29,838 nt of DNA from Polyangiales bacterium (GTDB lineage Bacteria > Myxococcota_A > Polyangia > Polyangiales > Polyangiaceae): the NCBI GenBank assembly GCA_038230375.1, contig JBBRNJ010000100.1, forward strand, positions 1 through 29,838. The letters run 5' to 3'. Each line of letters starts with the position of its first letter. The stretch's first letter is position 1. The translations under genes and the position numbers were made by a program. A model generated the notes under the pieces. The model did not search any database. It saw nothing but the letters and a program-made list of their open reading frames with translations, and was not told the DNA's origin. Shown one piece after another: positions 8,232 to 16,486 of this stretch.

Positions 8232-9710
8232 GTGGCTGCGTCCAAGAAGACGACCCTGATCGGCGAGAGCGAACGCACGCCGTCGGCCTGGGGAGAGCGC
8301 GTGCTTGCGCTCGTGATCGCGTGGTCCGCCCACGAGCCGTGGCGCATCGGCGAGGTCGCGATCCTGGCGCGCGGCGGCGGCGCGATGCTGCTCGGACGCG
8401 GCGACGATGAGGACAAGGAGCGGCGGCTCCGCTTCTTCCGCCAACGGCCCACCGGGATGGCACCGACACCGGCGATCGAATCGCCGGGCATCTCGCGTCG
8501 CCAGCTCACGGTGGAGGCGCACGACGACCACGTGCGCGTGGAGCAGGTCGGGAGGTGTCCGCTCCTGGTCAACGGAGAGCGCTGCGAGGGCGCGGACATC
8601 GTCCCCGGTGACGTGGTGCAGCTCAAACGCGAGCTCGTGCTCCTGTGCGTTCAGCGCGCAGGTCTCATCCTGCCGTGCCGACACTTTCCGCGCGAGGCCG
8701 TGGGTGCGTTTGGTGAGCCCGACGCGATCGGTGTCATCGGCGAGTCTCCCGCCGCATGGAGCCTGCGCGAGCAGATCGGCTTCGCCGCGAAGGCGAACAC
8801 GCACGCACTGCTGACTGGCGAGAGCGGCTCCGGGAAAGAGCTCGCTGCGCGCGGCATCCATGCGCTCTCGCCGGAGAAGAGCGGACCCTTCCTCGGAAGG
8901 AACGCGGCGACGTTGCCTGCGGGGCTCATCGACGCGGAGCTGTTCGGCAACGCAAAGAATTATCCGAACCCAGGAATGGCGGAGCGGTCGGGCCTGGTTG
9001 GAGAGGCAGACGGCGGTGCGCTCTTCCTCGACGAGATCGGCGAGCTACCGACCGAGCTTCAGTCCCACCTGCTCCGCGTCCTGGACAACGACGGCGAATA
9101 TCAGCGGCTCGGCGAGGCGCGGGCGCGTCGCTCGTCATTCCGACTGCTCGCTGCAACGAACCGCGAGGCGACCGCGCTGAAGCACGATCTTCTCGCGCGC
9201 TTCTCGTCGCGCGTGGAGCTGCCGCCGCTCTCGGAGCGCCGCGAGGATGTGCCGTTGCTCGCGCGTCACCTGCTGCTCCGAGCCGCGAAGAAGAGCCCCG
9301 AGCTTGCGGAGCGTTTCCTGGCAGTGGGCAAGGACGGACGTCGGGACGCACGGCTCACTGCGGAGTTGGTTGAGTATCTGTTGCGCGCGCCCCTCGCAGC
9401 GAACGCCCGCGACATCGACGGGCTGCTGTGGCGCGCGATGGCGGAGAGCACGGGTGAGGTCCTCGAGCTGCCCGCCTCCCTTCGGCGTGAATCGATTCCA
9501 TCGCAGCGCACCAGTAAGACCTCGGAAGAGCACCCAGAGCCGCCGAGCGAGGACAAGGCGGACCCCAGCGCGGAGGAGATCCGCGAAGCGATGCGCGCGG
9601 CGGAGAACAGCGTGACGAAGGCCGCGCGCGCGCTTGGCCTTTCGAGCCGATTTGCGCTCTATCGGCTATTCACGAAGTACGGAATCGAGCGCGACGACGC
9701 CGACGGGTGA
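8232..9710 (+). CDS. FHA + sigma54-interaction-type AAA+ + Fis-HTH regulator with non-canonical loop 1
   Basis: FHA-like (LGRG, ISRRQ, VNG, GDVV); Walker A GESGSGKE; Walker B LFLDEIGE; AATNR; LPPLSERREDV; C-terminal HTH NSVTKAARALGL. ELFG is followed by NAKNYPNPG instead of HxKGAFTGA. Confidence 0.9.
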   Translation: MAASKKTTLIGESERTPSAWGERVLALVIAWSAHEPWRIGEVAILARGGGAMLLGRGDDEDKERRLRFFRQRPTGMAPTPAIESPGISRRQLTVEAHDDHVRVEQVGRCPLLVNGERCEGADIVPGDVVQLKRELVLLCVQRAGLILPCRHFPREAVGAFGEPDAIGVIGESPAAWSLREQIGFAAKANTHALLTGESGSGKELAARGIHALSPEKSGPFLGRNAATLPAGLIDAELFGNAKNYPNPGMAERSGLVGEADGGALFLDEIGELPTELQSHLLRVLDNDGEYQRLGEARARRSSFRLLAATNREATALKHDLLARFSSRVELPPLSERREDVPLLARHLLLRAAKKSPELAERFLAVGKDGRRDARLTAELVEYLLRAPLAANARDIDGLLWRAMAESTGEVLELPASLRRESIPSQRTSKTSEEHPEPPSEDKADPSAEEIREAMRAAENSVTKAARALGLSSRFALYRLFTKYGIERDDADG

Positions 9711-9772
9711 ACCGTGCCGAGGTTCCCCGCGCGCACGCGTCTGAACACTGTGACGTGCCCGAGGAGCATGTT

Positions 9773-10315
9773 TCATTGCGAAGAGACGCAGATGATTTTG
9801 AAGTCGGTATCCGCGGCGTACGCCTGAGAATTGGTATCCTTGAGCCCGACCGTGACACCCAAGGTGGTCTCAGCGACGTCGGTGATCGCTACGTCTGACG
9901 TGATACCGGCCTCCATGGCGATGCATGTAGGAGGAGTTGCCCAGGAGCCAGCGGTGAACACCAGAGCGCACCGACCCAGGCCCGGGTGCGACACTGAAGA
10001 AATCCAGGTTCCGGACTGAGTCGCGATCGCGCAGGTGCCGTTATTGGTGATTCGCGCGGACCTTACGACGGGCTTCGCTTCCGTCGCAACGACGCGCGTG
10101 TCGAGGGCGGAGAGACGAACATCGAGACCGTTGAGGTTCTCCGCCAGCTTTGACGACAAGACCGGCTTGCCATCCCCAATCCACGTCGTGTCGATCGCCG
10201 CGTGGGCTATCGCAGCGGTTGTGGCCACGAGCGCGAACGGGGTGGCAACGTAGAGCAGAACGCGGCGGCACCAGCCCGCCGGGGCGTCGAGCCGCAGACG
10301 AATATTGATGTCCAT
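9773..10315 (-). CDS. Secreted fibre-like protein, paralogue C (coiled coil + tail-fibre-like beta tip)
   Basis: ATG at 10315 after AAGGA; signal-like segment ending AHA; AIDTTW..GKPV motif shared with neighbours; heptad LNGLDVRLSALD; tip SSVSHPGLGRCALVF...PPTC...DFKIIC. Confidence 0.75.
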   Translation of the reverse strand: MDINIRLRLDAPAGWCRRVLLYVATPFALVATTAAIAHAAIDTTWIGDGKPVLSSKLAENLNGLDVRLSALDTRVVATEAKPVVRSARITNNGTCAIATQSGTWISSVSHPGLGRCALVFTAGSWATPPTCIAMEAGITSDVAITDVAETTLGVTVGLKDTNSQAYAADTDFKIICVSSQ

Positions 10316-10326
10316 TGGGCCAGTCC

Positions 10327-10453
10327 TTGAAGGTTTGTAGTTGCAAGTGCCGAATTGTGATGTGCAAATTTGCAAGGCCGTCGGTGCCGCTCGCACCCGA
10401 GGCGCTGCTCGTGCCGGATGTGCTGCTCGGATCGAGCTGCGGGTCCAGCCCGA
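10327..10453 (-). pseudogene. Decayed remnant of the small partner lipoprotein
   Basis: Across two frameshifts reads IGLDPQLDPSSTSGTSSASGASGTDG-CKF-TSQFGTCNYKP, versus ILSLDDP...DGGPCVFDKAGSTFGNCTFGP of 12153..12443. CCT-TCA-AGG sits where the intact gene has CCT-TGA-GG. Confidence 0.55.
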
Positions 10454-11212
10454 TCAGAGTTTGTAAACGCGAATCTCGAGCGGAATTCCTTGGCTCTGAT
10501 CAAGAGTGTAGGCGGTATTGGTGGTCGAGGCGAGATTCGCCGCTTGAACCCTGATGGTGGTGTTCACCTGGTTTGCATAGGTAAAACCGCCATTTAGCTG
10601 ACCGAACCCCCACTGATATCGCGTATTCGTGCTGACGCCACCAGCGATGTCGCCGCTGGCGTTGGCGCCACTTGCCGTACCAGTCATGGTATCGAAGAGC
10701 TGGACCGCGCACACTACGCGGTCAGCTGCCGCCCCGGTGTTGCTGTTCAAGCAGATTGAATTGCCTGTCGCGATGATGAGGTAGTGACCCGCGCTGCCCG
10801 TGAGCCCGAACGAAGCCGGCGTGCCGAGAGCAGCGGCCGGCGCCGTCAGGGCCGCGCCTGGCACGTTGCCCGGAGTTACGCTAGCGGTGCACGCACCGCT
10901 GAGTGGAAGGTCTGCGAAGGTCGCGGAGAGTGGACTGATACCGTGGGAACACGTTGCCCCCTGGAACTTGATCGACCCTACAAATCCCTTCGATTCCACC
11001 GCGCCAAGGCGCGATTCGATGGTCATGAAGTCATTCTTCAGCTGCGTCGCGCTTACCGGCTTGCTGGCGTCGATCCAGCTCACATCAATGGGGGCCGCGC
11101 TAGCGACTCCGACTGCCATCGCGGCGGCGACTACGCTCGCGACGACCGCGGCACGCAAAATGCGCCTCTGACGCGGCGAGAGATCGAGGTGAATCTTGAT
11201 ATCAATGTTCAT
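10454..11212 (-). CDS. Secreted fibre-like protein, paralogue B
   Basis: LSPRQRRILRAAVV leader; ASA|APIDVSW..KPVSA..LKNDF; coiled coil IESRLGAVES; beta-rich C-terminus unrelated to A and C. Confidence 0.8.
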   Translation of the reverse strand: MNIDIKIHLDLSPRQRRILRAAVVASVVAAAMAVGVASAAPIDVSWIDASKPVSATQLKNDFMTIESRLGAVESKGFVGSIKFQGATCSHGISPLSATFADLPLSGACTASVTPGNVPGAALTAPAAALGTPASFGLTGSAGHYLIIATGNSICLNSNTGAAADRVVCAVQLFDTMTGTASGANASGDIAGGVSTNTRYQWGFGQLNGGFTYANQVNTTIRVQAANLASTTNTAYTLDQSQGIPLEIRVYKL

Positions 11213-11350
11213 GAACGCGTCATCTCCTCATCAATTGGCAACAATGGCGTGTGACACCCCGGTGCCTGGGGCTCTCGGGGAGGTTGGCGGAGGCGTCGCT
11301 TGCTGTTGCAGGAACGTAGCGTCGCAAATGCAGAAGGCCGCGAAGACTGG

Positions 11351-11976
11351 TCAATTGCCCGTCCGATATCCCGAAACATACGACGAATAGGGACGCGCCG
11401 TCCCATACGGGATGACGCTTCCAACCGGGATCCTGAAGTCGACGTAGTCGCCAGCAGCAAGCGATTATCAACTCCGCCACCGCCCAACGCGACGATCGCT
11501 GCCACCGTTCCCAGGGTGGAGATGTATTTTACCTGGCTGCCGTTCTTGTACAGAGATGGGTTAGCCGGCCCAGTGGAGGGCGTCTCCAGTACGAGATCGA
11601 AGTGGTAAAACCCCGATACAGGCGCGGTGAACTTCCAACCCGCTCCCGTCGTCACCGCATTGTGGCTGTCGCTGACTTTTCCGCCGAAATCGATCTGGGC
11701 CCCCGCCGCTGGCGTCGCGTTCGCTGACAAGAAGTAGTCAAAGTTCACGCTTTCAGTTGCCGATTGAAGCGCTGTTGCTTGGCTCTGCAGGCCGTCGAGG
11801 TTGTCCTTCAAACTGGATGCTGCGACCGGTTTGCCGGCTCTCACCCAGGTTGTATCAATCGGGGCGGCAATCGCGACGCCGATCCCTAGCGCCGCAATCG
11901 ACGCGCCCGTAACTACCGCCGCGCGGATGACACGTTTCTGACGGGGGGAGAGCTGGAACTCGAACACGATCTTCAT
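11351..11976 (-). pseudogene. Secreted fibre-like protein, paralogue A, with C1q-like tip; 1-nt frameshift near 11465
   Basis: C1q-like motifs FTAPVSGFYHF and LYKNG. The expected end SLAAGDYVDFRIP...YSSYVSGYRTGN* is in another frame, open from 11464 to the stop at 11351. Confidence 0.8.
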
Positions 11977-12220
11977 GTGTTCTCCTCATTGCCCAAAGAC
12001 GCAGTTGCCGAACGTGAAACCAGGCTTGTCGAAAATGCACCGCCCCGCGTCGATGTCGATCGCGGAACCGGTGCCCATGTCTCTACCGATGGTCATTGTT
12101 TCCTCGTCAGTCGCAATAGAGGAGGCCGCTCACAATCGTCATGTCGTCCTCCTCAAGGTCCGAACGTACAGTTGCCGAAGGTGGAGCCCGCTTTGTCGAA
12201 AACGCACGGCCCGCCGTCGA
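11965..12220. repeat. Imperfect ~90-bp direct repeat (11965-12053 and 12131-12220): lipoprotein 3' end + RBS + next start
   Basis: Minus strand: CVFDKAGSTFGNCTFGP*-GGAGGACGAC-ATGACGATTGTG versus CIFDKPGFTFGNCVFGQ*-GGAGAACAC-ATGAAGATCGTG. Confidence 0.85.
11986..12096 (-). pseudogene. 36-aa stub duplicating the partner lipoprotein C-terminal motif, without a signal peptide
   Basis: MTIGRDMGTGSAIDIDAGRCIFDKPGFTFGNCVFGQ*, preceded by GAGGAAACA. Confidence 0.6.
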
Positions 12221-12443
12221 GGGTGCCGCCGCCAGAGTCGACCTTGCTCCCGCCGTCCAAGTTGCTCGACGGCGCGTCGCTGCCGAAGCCCCCGTCGCTC
12301 GCGGCGCCAGCATCCGTTGCGGGATCGTCGAGGCTCAAGATCTGCCTGCAACCCACCGTGGTCACCGCGAGGAGCACGCCCATCGCCGTCATCATGATCA
12401 GGGCGCTGAATACGAGCACCGGTGGAATTCTGCGCGCTTTCAC
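12153..12443 (-). CDS. Small lipoprotein with C-terminal C-x-F-D-x5-F-G-N-C-x-F-G motif
   Basis: GTG start overlaps the upstream TGA (GTGA) with a GGAGG RBS; lipobox TVGC; D/G-rich linker; two-Cys terminal motif. Confidence 0.75.
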   Translation of the reverse strand: MKARRIPPVLVFSALIMMTAMGVLLAVTTVGCRQILSLDDPATDAGAASDGGFGSDAPSSNLDGGSKVDSGGGTLDGGPCVFDKAGSTFGNCTFGP

Positions 12444-13345
12444 CAGGTCCTCCCGAGCCAAAGTCCGCCTCCGTTCGCCCCCACACGCGGCGAGAACTCC
12501 CACCTTGCCGTCGGCGGCGCGTCAGCCTTCGAGTCCTTCGGCGCGAAGAGCACGAATGCGACGCCAGCCGCGGTCAGCACGCCGCCCGCGATGAATCCGA
12601 CCGTCGCGATGTCAGCCGAGCCTTGCGCGCTCGTCCGGTCCGCAGGCTTCGCATCGGAATTCGAGCAGTCGTTCGGGTGGCAGTTAGCGCTGCTGTTCTT
12701 CGAGATGGCGACGATGCCGAACACGCCTCCGAGCGTGATTCCCGCGAGACCGACACCACCCACGACGTAGCCGATCGTCTTCATCGAGCTCGGCGACTCT
12801 GCCGGCGGGGGCGGGACGGTCGCGTCGCCTTGAGGCTTCGGGGGAGAAGGTGGCGGAGGCGCCGTGGCGCCGAGGACGGCGGTCACGCTCACGTCCTTCG
12901 CGCCCTCCTTGACCATTATCTTCTGCTCGGCACTTCCCTCTGCGGACGAAAACACAAACGTGTGCGGCCCGGGGTCTAGCGCGATCGCCTTGCCGTCAAG
13001 GACATCCGTCAAAGGCTCCCCATCGAGCGTGACCTTCACGCTTGTCAGCGTGGCACCAGCGCCGCTTCGCGCGTCGAGCACTACGCTGGGGAGCGCGGCG
13101 TTGACGTCGTCGATGCGCTTCGTGCATTCATCGCGCACGGGGCCTGGACAGCTAGGAGCAGCGCAAACAAGCAGGCGCGCGCGGGCCGCCTTCAGTTTCC
13201 CCGCGTCTCGCAGCCTGCCCCAGTCCCCGTTCGCCGCGAGGCACTCTTCCTCGCTCGGGTCTGCCGCTCGCGCGGGAGCCGCGACCGACATCAACGCGAC
13301 TGCACCCATGCCGGCCCAGAAAACGTTCCTTGCGCTACGTTTCAT
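12440..13345 (-). CDS. Exported helical (TPR-like) + PEGA-like protein with C-terminal membrane segments
   Basis: Signal peptide ending ARA; helical Cys-containing domain (LLVCAAPSCPGPVRDEC); VKVTLDGEP...LDPGPHTF; hydrophobic segments and GGGLWLGRTW end. Typical partner of myxobacterial kinases. Confidence 0.8.
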   Translation of the reverse strand: MKRSARNVFWAGMGAVALMSVAAPARAADPSEEECLAANGDWGRLRDAGKLKAARARLLVCAAPSCPGPVRDECTKRIDDVNAALPSVVLDARSGAGATLTSVKVTLDGEPLTDVLDGKAIALDPGPHTFVFSSAEGSAEQKIMVKEGAKDVSVTAVLGATAPPPPSPPKPQGDATVPPPPAESPSSMKTIGYVVGGVGLAGITLGGVFGIVAISKNSSANCHPNDCSNSDAKPADRTSAQGSADIATVGFIAGGVLTAAGVAFVLFAPKDSKADAPPTARWEFSPRVGANGGGLWLGRTW

Positions 13346-13359
13346 CGAGTCCCTTTCGT

Positions 13360-15050
13360 TCACTTGCACACTCGCTTGTAGACTCTTCGGCCCTGGTCAT
13401 CGACGGTGTATTCCAGCGGGCATGGCGCGCTGGCTGCCGCGGCCGGAGCCGATACGACCGCCGATGGTGCGGCGCTTGGAGCAACACTCGCCGACAGTTT
13501 GGGTCCTGGGGTACTGGTGGTCCCGCCACGTTTCGTCACCCTCGACGGCGGTGCCGTCTCGATGCCGGCAGCCGGCTGCGCCACACCCGAGGGGGGCGCG
13601 CCGGGAGTTGCAACAGACTGCAGCGGGGGGGGGCCGCCGATGGCGCGACGCTCTCCCTCTGCACGAGCGGCGTGCCACTGGCGACCTCTTTGTCGATGCT
13701 CGTCGGCGCGGACAAACGGGACCTGGCGAAGAACCCGCCAGCAGTGATTAGGACCAGTATTGCCGCTGCGCCTGCAATCATTCGCGCCTTGCCCAGCGTC
13801 GGGGCGACTGCCGAAGGCGCCGTCTTCGCCGGCGGCGACGGCGCTTCATCCGACTGCGACACGCCCGCAGTCGTGGAGATCGCCTTTGCAAGGGCGGCCA
13901 CCGGAGCCGCGTCTCGACGCGCCGAAGAGGAAGCTGCTGGCGAAGCGGCATCCGCCCCGATGTGCTCCGTGAAGCCCGGACCAGACGACGCAGAAGGCTG
14001 CGCGAACTGGGTTGAGTTGACTGTCGGAGGCACCACGCGCGAAGGCTCCACCCCAGCTTCGGTTGGGTCGGTGCCGAACGAACGCGACGGCGAAAGGCTC
14101 TCAGAGCTCTCGGTCGCCGCCATCGCAGCCATCTTTCGCGGGCTCGGAGCGACCTTCATACTGGGCGGTGCGCCGCCAAACGCCGTGCGATGTGCTGCGA
14201 CGACCGCGTCCTGCATCTCACGTGCGCCCCCCCATCGATCCTTGAGCTCGAACGCGAGCGCTCGGTCGACGACGTCGCCGATCGCCTGAGGAATCGCGGG
14301 AGCCACGTCGCGGAGCTTTCGCGCCGGGGTAGTGGCAGCCATGATGCGAAGCATTTCGATGTTCTCCGCGGCGTGAACGAACTGGCCGGATAGGAGCGTG
14401 AACATCGTCGCCCCCGTCGCCCAGATGTCCGTGCGGCCATCGATCTGGCTGACTCGCCCCAGGGCCTGTTCGGGTGGCATGAACGCGGGCGTGCCGAGCA
14501 AGGTGCCCGTGCGCGTCTTCTGGTGCGTGTTCACATCGTGCTGCACGCGGGCAATGCCGAAATCGAGCACCTTGAGCACATCGCCCTTGGTAATGAAGAG
14601 GTTCTCCGGCTTGAGGTCACGGTGCACGATCCCTTTGGCGTGCGCCGACGCCAGCACGTCGAGGAGCTGATAGGCACTGTCCAAGACCTCGGAGGGAGGC
14701 AGCCGGTGGCCGCACCGCTCCCACCGGCCGTCCAGCGTTTCGCCACTGAGCAGCTCCATCACCAAGAACGCGGTGCCGTCTTCCGTGATGTCGTCATCGA
14801 GCACGCGGACGACGCCCTCGTGATCGACCGCGTTTGCGGTGTAGCCCTCCTTCAGGAACCGTGTGCGCACGTCCGCGCGGATCGACAGGTGAGTGTGCAG
14901 CGTCTTCACCGCCACGCGGTTGCCGTTGCGATGCGTGCCGCGATAGACGGCGCCCATGCCGCCGATGCCGAGGACACCGTCGAGCCGGTACTTCTCCTTC
15001 AGCGTCTTGCCGACGAGCCGTTTCGCGTGCTCGAGCTCTTCGTCGTCCAT
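13360..15050 (-). CDS. Membrane Ser/Thr protein kinase, frameshifted at the G9 tract 13625-13633
   Basis: GIGGMGAVY, VAVK, HRDLKPEN, DFG, GTPAFMPPEQ; TM IAGAAAILVLITAGGFF; natural C-terminus ...CPLEYTVDDQGRRVYKRVCK* is in another frame. Alternative start at 15197 (ATGA overlap with the LuxR stop). Confidence 0.9.
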
Positions 15051-15193
15051 CGTCCCCCGGCGGGCGTCCGCGCTTATCCCGAGCCTCGCATCAGGCCGGA
15101 CTCCAGAAACTACCGTATCTGTAGCTCGTGCGGAATCCTCTACGTGATTCCACGTAGAGGCGGGCGTCCCAGTGTGAGCCTCCGCTTGCCTGC

Positions 15194-15697
15194 TCATCTC
15201 CCCTCCCAGAAGAGCGCGACGAGCCGCGCCCGACTCGCGACCTTCGCCTTCTCGAGGATGGCACCGACATGGCGCTCGATGGTCCGCGGCGCGCATGCAA
15301 GCCGGACGGCGATGTCCTTGTTGCCGTCGCCCACCGCGAGCGCCATCAGGACCTCCGTCTCCCGAGGCGTGAGCCGCCAACGAGCACCGAACGTCCGACC
15401 ACGAGTCTCCCGTTGGTTGCTCTCCCTCTCCACTACGACGAGCAGCATCGTCGGTCGCATCTGACCTCCCGCGAGCGACACAGTGATGCGCGCTGCACCG
15501 CCGGAGCGCACCAACTTGGTGAGCACGGCGCCGATAGTGTCCACGTCGGCTGCGATCTCCGCCGCCGCCGCGTTGCGCTCTTTGATCCGCCCCGACGTGG
15601 TGATCAGGAATGCCGGCAAGGCGAGCGTCCGAAGGACGGTCGTGCGCGGCTGTGCACTTGCGGCGGCTGAATGTGGAGGGCGGTCGTTGGCTGGCAC
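15194..15697 (-). CDS. LuxR-family HTH regulator with short PAS-like N-terminal region
   Basis: LTPRETEVLMALAVGDGNKDIAVRLACAPRTIERHVGAILEK; N-terminal PAFLITTSGRIKERNAAA. Start uncertain. Confidence 0.85.
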   Translation of the reverse strand: MPANDRPPHSAAASAQPRTTVLRTLALPAFLITTSGRIKERNAAAAEIAADVDTIGAVLTKLVRSGGAARITVSLAGGQMRPTMLLVVVERESNQRETRGRTFGARWRLTPRETEVLMALAVGDGNKDIAVRLACAPRTIERHVGAILEKAKVASRARLVALFWEGR

Positions 15698-15698
15698 C

Positions 15699-15989
15699 CT
15701 ATCGCCCCGCGAGCTCGCACATCGCGCGCCCCATGACGGTGCAGGCGTACTGCGCGCTATCGTCGCTCCCGATCTTGATGCAGGAGTCCGTCGTCTTCGA
15801 CGTCGACACGACGGTGCCCACGCACATCGACGTCGCCTGGTCGAGCGCCTCGCTGTCCGCCGCAGACCGATCGGGCCCCGTCGAGGTGCCCATGCCAGAC
15901 AGCGGAATCACGCGGCCAGCCACAGCGGGGAGAGCAGTGAGCAGAAACGCGGAGGCGACCGTTGCGGCGAGAATCTTCGTGGTCTCCAT
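15699..15989 (-). CDS. Small secreted 4-Cys protein
   Basis: Signal peptide ending AVA; 96 aa with four Cys; stop 1 nt from the LuxR ORF start. Confidence 0.7.
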   Translation of the reverse strand: METTKILAATVASAFLLTALPAVAGRVIPLSGMGTSTGPDRSAADSEALDQATSMCVGTVVSTSKTTDSCIKIGSDDSAQYACTVMGRAMCELAGR

Positions 15990-16047
15990 GGTTCGTCTTT
16001 CGTCTTTGGTTGTGATGATGAGCTGAGGGTTCGCAGCGTGCGTTTCA

Positions 16048-16404
16048 CTACTGATGGCTCACCTTGATGATCTGGATGCGCGGACTCAAGACCGCGGTGA
16101 ACGCAGCCCAGCCACCGAATACGACGCCCGGATTGCTCCGGAGAGGCGTCAGCTCCGGGTACGTGCCGGCTGTGTCCGTGTACTCGAACTTGATGAGGCG
16201 ATGTTCCAGCTGCCGTCGTTGCGGAACTTCCACGTCCACGTATCGCGGTTACCTGCGAGAAGCTCGCCGAGAGCTCGCCACCTTCAAACTACTGCCACTG
16301 GACCAGCGCGTGTCGTGCACGGACATGGAGAGAAGCCGACCGCGAGCGCCGCACGTGCGGAGAACATGGCGCGGCGGACGGTGCGAGATGTGGTGTTTGC
16401 TCAT
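16048..16404 (-). pseudogene. Possible decayed secreted-protein gene
   Basis: ATG at 16404 below a sigma54 motif; protein-like fragments in different frames (AMFSARAALAVGF; LAGNRDTWTWKFRNDGSWNI; IKFEYTDTAGTYP) broken by stops and shifts. Confidence 0.35.
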
Positions 16405-16470
16405 GACGTTGATTTCGAAGTGCTTTTGGGAAGACCACCGCGGTGTTCGGTTGGCGTGTGATCCATTTAT

Positions 16471-16486
16471 CGCAAGCGCCAGGCCA
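16471..16486 (-). promoter_or_regulatory. Candidate sigma54 promoter TGGCCTGGCGCTTGCG
   Basis: TGGC-N8-TTGC-like with exact GG-N10-GC spacing, at the head of the minus-strand accessory block. Confidence 0.5.

Noticed and set aside
5147..8469. Longest-ORF starts at 7342 and 8469
   Set aside because: They overlap neighbouring genes; starts at 7009 and 8103 give proper lipoprotein signals with an RBS or promoter.
11300..11335. Fourth decayed lipoprotein-tail copy before fibre B (minus strand TGCATTTGCGAC...ACGTTC...CAAC)
   Set aside because: Similarity is short and it lies about 90 nt from the start rather than abutting the RBS; cannot be told from chance.
11209..11350. C-terminal extension of ORF 11209..11976 as real protein
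   Set aside because: Better explained as out-of-frame read-through after the lesion near 11465.
9773..12220. Shufflon, DGR or prophage tail locus
   Set aside because: No recombinase, reverse transcriptase, inverted cassettes or phage structural genes are visible; the proteins carry signal-like leaders.
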